From Piromyces finnis finn (lineage: Eukaryota; Fungi; Neocallimastigomycota): a DNA stretch of 64,000 bases. This document shows positions 15,793 to 24,500 of this stretch, in pieces. The stretch spans positions 682,001 to 746,000 of the forward strand of contig MCFH01000008.1 in the NCBI GenBank assembly GCA_002104945.1, read 5' to 3'. A program made the translations under genes and the position numbers. Each line of letters begins with the position of its first letter. Within the stretch, counting starts at the first letter, position 1. The notes under the pieces are model-generated. The model was not told the origin of the DNA and made no database searches. It worked only from the letters and a program-made list of their open reading frames with translations.

Positions 15793-18519
15793 AATTAGTA
15801 TATATATATTTTCTCATTTTATATTATTATTATTATTATTATTTTCGATATTTATTTATTTATCAATTTTTAATATAATAGAATATATCAAGAATTGATT
15901 CTGTATTTTATTAATGATAAATCTTAAAATTAAAGATTATGTATTAATTTTTATTATTTACTTTTTCTTCCTTCTTAATGTTATAAAACTTTAATACTAA
16001 TTTTTACAAAAAAAAAAAAAAAAATTAATATATATATGTATCCTTTTTTTACTTCATAGAATTAAATAATTTAGAGTATGAAATGATAAAAAAAGATAAT
16101 ATTTGATTAGTTAAAAAAAAAATAGAATAATTAAATTAGATATAATTATTATATTTCAAAAAAAAAAAAAAAAATAAAAATATATATATATACCTTTGTA
16201 TTATATTAATATTAATATTATGAAGTATTTATTATTATAATAATAAATAATTTGATGTTCTATTGAAATGTGATTTTAAATATTTTAATTTTAATATTGT
16301 CTACCTTGATAAATTTATTTTTTTTTTATCTTTGTAAAAAATAATCAAAAGTAAAATGTTATGTATTGAAATTACATTATATTGATAGCTTTCGAATTCC
16401 TATAAATATACATTTATTTATTTATTTTTTTTTAAAAAAGATGCTTCCCAAGAATTAAAACAAGAAAAAAAGTTAAATTTTATATTAAGAATTTCTAAAT
16501 TCCTAATTATTATGATTTTATAAATAATAGAAAAAAAAAGTTAATTTTTCCTTTCCTTTCTTTTCTTTTTTTATTTATCAAAATAAGAAAAATTTCATTT
16601 TATTATTTTTAAAATTTAATTTAAATTTATATGAAAATATTACTATATATGATTAATTATACTAATGTGATTTTATTTTCAATGCATATGAAATATATTA
16701 TATATATTATATATATATGTTAAATTTTAAAGAGTATTTAAAATAAAATATTTTTATTTTATAATGTGTATACTGATTTTCTTTTTTTTTTCTTTTTTTT
16801 TTTAAGTTTTTTGATAGCATTAATTTTGTCTTTTATTGATATCTTCTTTCAAATATTTATTATTTATATTTATAATATTTATAATATTTTATTATTTGTA
16901 TAAAAAAAATATTCTTACCAAAAAAAAAAAAGAAAAAAGGAAAAAAAAAGGAAAAAATAACTACAAAGTAAAATTCTTAATATATTTTTTCTTTTTAAAT
17001 TGCTTTATTTGTTTTTATTTATATTATATTTTATTATTAATATATGATTTTAACACCTTTAAAATTAATAATTATAATTATCATATTTTTTAGTGTTTTT
17101 TGTGTATTTTCCTCTTCTTTTATTTTATTATACCATTTTTATTTATTATTTTTTTTTCTAGACTTTTTTTTTCTTCTAAATCAAAACTACAATAATTCCA
17201 ATTTAGTCATTTAAGAATAGAAAAAAAGAGAACTGGTAAAAAAGAAGTAAATTAAGTTTAGATTTTATGAAATTTAATTTTCATAATAGACCTTATAAAA
17301 CATTAATATATATAAATAATATATATCATATATTAATATATATAAAAATCTTATTACTTAATTAATTACAGTAAGAAAATAATATATTAAAATTTAATTT
17401 TCTTTTAATCATTTATAATGTTAAAAAATTATTATTTCTTCTATACAATTATATAGAAAAATTTCAATTAGTTAATATATACTCCAATAAAAAATAATAT
17501 ATTTAAAAAATATTTGTAATACATTATTTTATTTCAAAACATAATACAAATTTTAAATTATAATAAAATGTGAAAATTTTTATAAATAGAAACAGAAATA
17601 ATACCACTACAATTATAATGAAAATATATATTAAAAAGCATTTCTTAACACATATGACATTTTGAAATATAATGTTCCAGTTATATATATATATATATAA
17701 ACCAGAACCATAAAAAAGAAATATATAAAATATATGAAATAGAAGAAATAATAAAAGTATAAATGATAAAGCTAAAGTCAGATACTATGCTCGATATATT
17801 AATTAAGTAATCATAAAATGAAAATATAAAAGTTTATTTTTTTTTTATTTTTTTTTTTAAATGAATATATTAAACATTTTTAGAATAAACTAAACTATTT
17901 TAATTTAAAAATGAATATATAAAATAAAAATGATTTTTTTTTATTATGAATTTAATAATAAAAAATTCATTTGAACTATCAAGAAATAACTCATAAAATA
18001 TTCACATTTCCTAATAATGATATGTAGTTCGTTAAAAGTTCTATTTTCATTAAAAAAAGATATTATAAATATTATTTATTAATTAAGGTGTATTATAGTT
18101 GATATAATTTTACAGTCAAAATGTTAAATAAATTATTAATAAAAGTAAAGAGAGATTGGACTTATTTCCATTAAACATATGACAATATAGAATACAATAA
18201 TTAAAATTCGTTTGTCTTGAAAGCAACAAAGGAAAGTCTCAGAGTATTTAAAGGCAACAATATCAATAACTAAGATACTATAGAATCAAATATGAAATCT
18301 TAAAAGAAATATTAGGATTCAGTTAAAACCAAAAATAAATTAAAAATATTTACAATAAGATTAAATTTATTAAGACATCTACCATTGTGGAAATTTTTAG
18401 AAATATAAAATTAATTCATAATGTATTTTATGAATAAATTTAATAGAATAATGTCATTTAAAAACAGCTTACAACATTATTTTCTGTTCTAAATACTAAT
18501 TATTGAATTTTAAAGCTAT

Positions 18520-18873
18520 TTTTTTTATTATTAAAAAAATAACTGTTCAGATCTAATAAAATTATTCTTAAGACCATATTTTGAAATTCTAGTAATGACA
18601 AATTTTGAAATCAGCTTAATACCATTATTGATAAGTGATATACCTTGGTAGTTATTACAATCTGTCAAATTTCCCTTCTTAGGAATAGAAACAATACTGG
18701 GTTCATTCCATGAACTGGGGAAGTCTCCATCCCAAATACAATTGAATAATTTAAGAATAAAATTTAAGCCATGTGCATACTTGAAGGAATTAATGTTTTG
18801 TAAAATTCAATTGAAATATCATCCGGACCTGATGCTTTATAGTTTGGAGTATAGAGGATATCTGACTTGACTT
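18520..18873 (-). pseudogene. Old LINE 'E1', RT fragment to the left of the E2 insertion (left limit approximate)
   Basis: Translates SIDEVKSDILYTPNYKASGPDDI..LFNCIWDGDFPSSWNEPSIVSIPKKGNLTDCNNYQGISLINNGIKLISKFVITRISKYGLKNNFIRSEQ. This is homologous to the E3 RT region (KAPGPDGIP..WNGSFPLKWNSASIVSIPKKGDLSNCNNYRGISLIN) and decays after EQ. Confidence 0.85.
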
Positions 18874-19141
18874 CATCAATACTTTTTTTTTTTTTTTTTT
18901 AACTGCATCAAATATTTTAAACTTTATTATTAATTTGATTAAAATTATAATACATGTAATAAAAAAATTAAAAATAAAAATAAAAATAAAAAAAAATATG
19001 TTTAAATAAACACAAATGAATAAAAACTGGGTATAATGTATTCTAGTAATTTTAATTAAAGTAAGAAAGCCACTATTATACTAAAGTATAATAATTGTAT
19101 TTGATTTCCAATGGGACACCGAGCCAAAGATCAAAATTTTA

Positions 19142-20404
19142 TCATGGGACAAAATTATGATCTCCATTGGTTGCGCTGGCCCTCCTGGCCTGTCTTACTG
19201 TTTCTTCAGCATTGACGCTCTTGGATGTTGCTTCAAACCTTATGAACATTGACCATTGCTGGCCAATAGCAAAAGACATGATTTTGGTTAGAAGTTCCGC
19301 GGTTACCGTCAAGAATGGTGTTCCTTCGTTAGTGCCAGATTGAATCTGACACTTGCAAAGTTCTTTCCATTCCCTTGAATTGTAATTGATATTGTTAAAA
19401 CTTCTTCCCCCAAGAAGGAATTTAAATATTTTACTGCACACACTAGAATAATCATACACATTAATATTCACCGGATTATTAGAACTATTACTATCATTAA
19501 CTAAATTACTATCTAAATTAGAATTATTATCTTCACTATTGCTATCATTACTAATATTATTATTTCTATTACTACTATTGTTATTATTACTATTGTTACT
19601 ATTACTATTGTAATTATTATTACTACTATTGTTACTATCTCTCTTTTCGTGATTCCACCCATTGGTGTTCCAACTAAGACAAAAAGAAAAGTTATCAGGC
19701 TTGTTGAATGAGGAAGAATCGTTGCTATTATTATTATTATTATTATTAAAGTCATCATTATTAATGGATGATGCATCAGAGGAATAAGTAGAACTATTAC
19801 TAGATGGCTGTGAAACTGAAGAACTATCAACTATTGAACTGTTATCAGAGTTGATAGAACTATTAGAATTAATTGTTGAATGTTGAGATTGAAATTGTGT
19901 TTGCTGTAGATCTGGAATATTTTCATGATGGGAAACTTGTTGAAGGTCTTGTTGAAGATCTTGTTGAAGATCGGATTGTAGATGAGATTGTTGAACTGAT
20001 TGTTGAATTGATTGTTGAATAGAATGTTGATGTTTATTAGAAACAAAAATTTTACGTTTGAGTGTGGAAAAAGTGTATTTGTGATTCCTTCTACTACGAG
20101 CTGAAAAGGAAATTGAGGTAACTGAAAGTTTCTTTTTTAACATGTGTAAAATTTTAATACAATCTTTCGATGAACCATGAACCTTGACTAAGAAAAAGTG
20201 ATCATTGAGAGTCTGGAAATATTTAACACTAATAACTGAATTAAATTTATCTTCTAGAATAACCTCGAGTTTTTCCCATAGCATATTTACTGACCATGAT
20301 CGAATACTACGGATAAAGAAGGAGCGAATATCATCTAAGGGTATACCATAAGACCGGGTACCACGTCTGATATAATTCTTATCTTTAATATAAAGGACTG
20401 ACAT
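19142..20404 (-). CDS. 420-aa E2 protein: RRM-like domain, Q/S/N linker, first APE motif, fused in frame to the ORF C-terminal domain (APE core and RT deleted)
   Basis: N-terminus aligns with the E3 N-terminus (IRRGTRSYG vs LRRGLRFFG; RSWS vs SSWS; FFLVKV vs YFILKV). CLSWNTNGWNHEKRD matches CTCWNINGWNPEKKD. KIFKFLLGG..LLTKIM..FIRF matches YIFTFLLGG..FLTKTI..FDRF of E3. Confidence 0.75.
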   Translation of the reverse strand: MSVLYIKDKNYIRRGTRSYGIPLDDIRSFFIRSIRSWSVNMLWEKLEVILEDKFNSVISVKYFQTLNDHFFLVKVHGSSKDCIKILHMLKKKLSVTSISFSARSRRNHKYTFSTLKRKIFVSNKHQHSIQQSIQQSVQQSHLQSDLQQDLQQDLQQVSHHENIPDLQQTQFQSQHSTINSNSSINSDNSSIVDSSSVSQPSSNSSTYSSDASSINNDDFNNNNNNNSNDSSSFNKPDNFSFCLSWNTNGWNHEKRDSNNSSNNNYNSNSNNSNNNNSSNRNNNISNDSNSEDNNSNLDSNLVNDSNSSNNPVNINVYDYSSVCSKIFKFLLGGRSFNNINYNSREWKELCKCQIQSGTNEGTPFLTVTAELLTKIMSFAIGQQWSMFIRFEATSKSVNAEETVRQARRASATNGDHNFVP

Positions 20405-21005
20405 GATAATTAATTCTAATTAAAAAATATTGAATATAAAATAAATACTAATAAAAATTATAAATATAACGTATATGGAAAAAAATCTGTCTCTCTCTCT
20501 CTTCTTAAAAGTACTGGATAGTACAAAAATTGTTACGATGCTTTGTTTAAAGTTTCTTTTTTTTTTTTTTGAATTCTAGTTGTAAATTTTCTTTAAAAAT
20601 TCTAGTTTTGGTTTGTTGTTAGTAAATTCGATTCGCTTTTTAACACTAAAATTGTTTGACTTTACTTTTCATTAAATATTTAAATTGGTAAAAAATTTGA
20701 ATCAAGAATGTCGACACTAGAGAGCTTGTGAATAGTATTTTTACATGATGTAGAGTGAATCAGTCTCTTACAAGAAACAATACAACAATAGCTACATGAA
20801 TATAAAAATACAATGCAAATGCTAAAGTTGACTACATTGGATTCTTACAAGAGAAGAGTAGTACTACATGAATACATGAATAAAAGAAAAAATACAGCAA
20901 CAAAATGTATTACTCTTCTAATTAAATACTATACAAACCTACCTGAATATCAAACATTCAACTTATTCATCAAATACTTAAATTCGATGGATAAATGTTT
21001 TTTAA

Positions 21006-21181
21006 TCGCTCAGTACCATGAGCTTAGTCCTAATAATATTTCCAAATAAAGACTAACCAAGCATCTATTGCGCAATACTTGGATTTAATTCTTTCTACTC
21101 TCTCAGTACCATGAGCGTGAGTAGAGCCCCTTGGGAAACTCCATTTATTAAATAAGTGAAGGCACGTTCCTAAGGGGGTTC
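21006..21181 (-). ncRNA. Structured 5'-terminal motif, copy A (E2)
   Basis: Five hairpins plus a pseudoknot, starting at the E2 5' TSD boundary. 9 substitutions and no indels versus copy C over ~175 nt. Confidence 0.6.
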
Positions 21182-21191
21182 CATCAATACT

Positions 21192-21387
21192 AATATCTTG
21201 GTTGATATCCCATTCATCAAGCATAGGAAGTGAAAAACACTTATTCGATTTTATAGTAAAGACTGACCAAATATCCATTGCGCAATGCTTTGATTTATTT
21301 CTACTCGTTCAGCACTATGAGCATGAGTAGAGCTCCTTGAGAAACTTCATTTATTAAAATATATAAAAGTACGTTCCCAAGGGGATT
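21192..21387 (-). mobile_element. Old LINE 'E1' 5' part: motif copy B (21257-21387) joined directly to an RT-region fragment (21192-~21256)
   Basis: Diverged motif copy followed by NKCFSLPMLDEWDINQDISID (compare E3 AWDINGPISIEE). This implies deletion of the rest of the 5'UTR, the RRM-like domain and APE. Confidence 0.75.
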
Positions 21388-21502
21388 AAAGAATTAGAAT
21401 AGATAATCAAAATCTTAAATTTAAGTGGTGTTTAGTAGGACAAATAAGTATAATACTATTTGAATTAGAAAGTTTGAAATTGGAGGTTTGCGAATTAAAT
21501 AA

Positions 21503-21508
<6 letters not shown>

Positions 21509-21564
<56 letters not shown>

Positions 21565-24500
21565 CTAGGAAGAGAATACACATCTTTTATTTATTTATTT
21601 AATTTGAGATATTACATAACATTAGGTGATAATACATATTGATATTGATATAATAAATAATAAATAAAAATAATAAAATATATATAAATAAAATTATAAA
21701 TATAAAATAATATAAAATAATTATTTAAGTTGCATAAAAGTTCAATGAACTCTGCAATTTGTACTGTGTGGGATTGGTCCCTACCTAATAAATTAAATGA
21801 AATAAAAAAAAGAAGTAACATCAGGTATGATAGTGTGGTGTCCACTAAACTCTCCCATGAGTTCATAATGTTTTCATTCGAATTTGAGGAAATACTAACA
21901 TTGAACCCTGTGTACGGAACATTGGAAATGTTCCTTTGCCATATCGGTACGACGTCGGCGTTCTTGATTACGTTAGGTGTCTTACTAAACCTATCAAAAA
22001 GTAGCTTCATAGAGCTACTAATGATAGGGATTGTTTTAGTAAGAAAAGCCGCGAGACCCTCTACATATGGAACATGAGACCCCGATGAACTGTAAAGCTG
22101 TTCATTCAAATGTCTTTGTTCCGCCTTATCGATTTGTAGCTCATCATAAGCTAAAGTTCCACCAAGAAGGAACGTAAAAATATAGTTATAAATTATTTTT
22201 CTTACTTCCGTTTCGGGGAGTAAGTATGTGATGAATTGATTCTTATATTTATTGTAAAAAAGGGTAAAAAGATCGTCAAGAAAGCTAAGTGAAGAAGCTC
22301 TGTATTCAGAGAATGCAGAACATTCTAATATCCAATGGTAAAAAGATTGTTCGTCATATCCGCAACATGGACAGACACGAGGGCAGTCAGGAGTAACTCT
22401 ATTACTAGCAATAGCAATTCGGGTAGTATTTTCATAACCGCATCGAATACGAATAATCCAGGTAATTCCTAAATTTAAGTGAGGTTTGTTGAGACCGATA
22501 TGCATTAGGCGATTTGAATTAAGGAATTTGTTGTTAGTATATCTGAGGGCTTTACTTCCATTATTTAGGCTACTATTATTCCAATAATATTCTCTAATAT
22601 CTTTAGTACTTTTAATATTTATTTTCATAAGCTTCTTATGTAGTGAACAAGATTCTTTGGCCCAAGAGTAATGAGACATGGGAGGAATAGATCGGACGAG
22701 ATTTTTAATTATACAATTTGATTTTCTCCATTTAACAAAGCATTTCACTTGTTGCGCAGCACAAATACCTGAAAGGGTAGGGATCTTCATATCTCTTGTA
22801 AGAGCATACAGACTAATAAATGAATTTCGTTCAAAAACAAAATCTTTGTTATTAAAACTTTTATTGTGAAAGCTATTGGCACTCCATAAAACAGCAGTAT
22901 TGATAAGAGATTGGACTCTTCTAGTTCTATTTTTGTTGGAACCAAGCAAAGGAGCATAATAAGAGACTTTGCTTAAAATATAAGAATGAATTACTATGTT
23001 TTTTAAGCCAATAGGAACACAATTGTTGGTGAGGAAGTTCTTAAAAGAGAATAAAGATTTCTGAACTTTTTTGTACATATTAGACAGAATAGGAGTCAGA
23101 GAAAGATCTTCGTCGAATGGGATTCCAAGATAAGTATAGCAAGAAACCTTTGGAATCGAGTACATACTGATGTAAAATGTTGGGTCGACATAACTAGGGG
23201 ATCTATTAAAGTTGATAGGTTTAACAACAATAGTTGCACATTTATTTATTCCAAAAGACATTTCATTTAGATTAGCCCAATCAAGGACTAGATTGAGCAT
23301 CTTTTGAAGGTTCTTCTTACTAGGAGCAATCAAAACAATGTCATCAGCGAAAAGGCCACCACAACAACGTTTATTACCTAAGCTAACTCCAAGCCTTTCA
23401 CATTTATTTAAAATATCATTGATAAAGAGGTTAAACAGTATAGGAGAAAGAGGACATCCTTGTCTTACACCACGGTTTATAGGGAATTCATTGGAAAGCA
23501 TATCCAAGAAACGTGCACGAGCTTTAGAGGTAGAGTAGAGATTATTGAGAAAATCAAAACATTTACCACGTATACCTAATTTATATAACTTTGTAAGGAT
23601 ATTAAAAATAGGAACTGAGTCGTATGCTTTTTTAAGGTCTAGAAAGGCGACATAAGTGGCTTTTCCTTTAAATTTTCTTCTTTGACAGATTTCTCTAATG
23701 GAAACAAATAAGCTAATACATTCTTCTTTATTGCGAAAACCAAATTGCTCAGGTCTTATAAAATTATGAGAAAGAGCATACTTTGAAATTCTATTAGTTA
23801 CAATTTTTGAAATGATTTTAAGACCTACATTGATGAGAGAAATACCACGATAATTATTACAGTTTGAAAGATCGCCTTTCTTTGGAATAGAAACAATGGA
23901 AGCAGAGTTCCATTTCAAAGGAAAGGAACCATTCCAGATTTTATTAAAAATTAATTTAAGACAATTTCCAGCAGACTTATGTTCTTTTTCCAGTTCTTCG
24001 TTACAAAAGAAAGCTTTGAAAAATTCAATTGGGATACCATCGGGACCTGGAGCCTTGTTATTCTTCATTGACAGAACAACATTTCTAATTTCCTCAATAG
24101 AAATGGGACCATTTATATCCCATGCTATTTGATTGATATGGTTGAATTGGAAGGCTCTTTCCCAGTAACCACGATTTAAGCTGTGATTTGTAACATCAGA
24201 TGCAAGATTTTCATAATGTTCAGCCCAACGTTTTAATTGTTCTTGAGGAGTAAATAAATCCTTGCCATTCTTGTCCTTAATAGTTGAAACATGGGAGGAC
24301 GAATAACTTGGTTTGGCAAGTTTTTTAAGGCCTTTCCAACCTTGTCTAAAGCTTTTATCAATAAAATGTTTACCGATAGAAACAATATTAGCTTTATAGA
24401 GATTGGATCTGAATTTACTCTTAACCTTTTTGATGGTATTACATAGATTTTGGTATATGGAGAACTGGTTAAGATAATTTTCCATGTCAGCGCAATCTGA

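Larger units (their letters stand above)
18884..21181 (-). mobile_element. Internally deleted non-LTR retroelement 'E2' inserted into the RT of E1
   Basis: Poly(A) tail (T-run 18883-18900). 10-bp TSD CATCAATACT at 18874-18883 and 21182-21191. The interrupted E1 frame WDINQDI-SID | SIDEVK rejoins across the TSD. The element starts (minus strand) GAACCCCCTTAGGAAC, i.e. with the structured motif. Confidence 0.85.

Noticed and set aside
21006-21387. Repeats A and B as a CRISPR-like array, Helitron ends or MITEs
   Set aside because: No regular repeat-spacer period, no TC...CTRR ends and no TIRs. The copies are explained as 5' ends of nested LINEs, with sense-strand wobble covariation.
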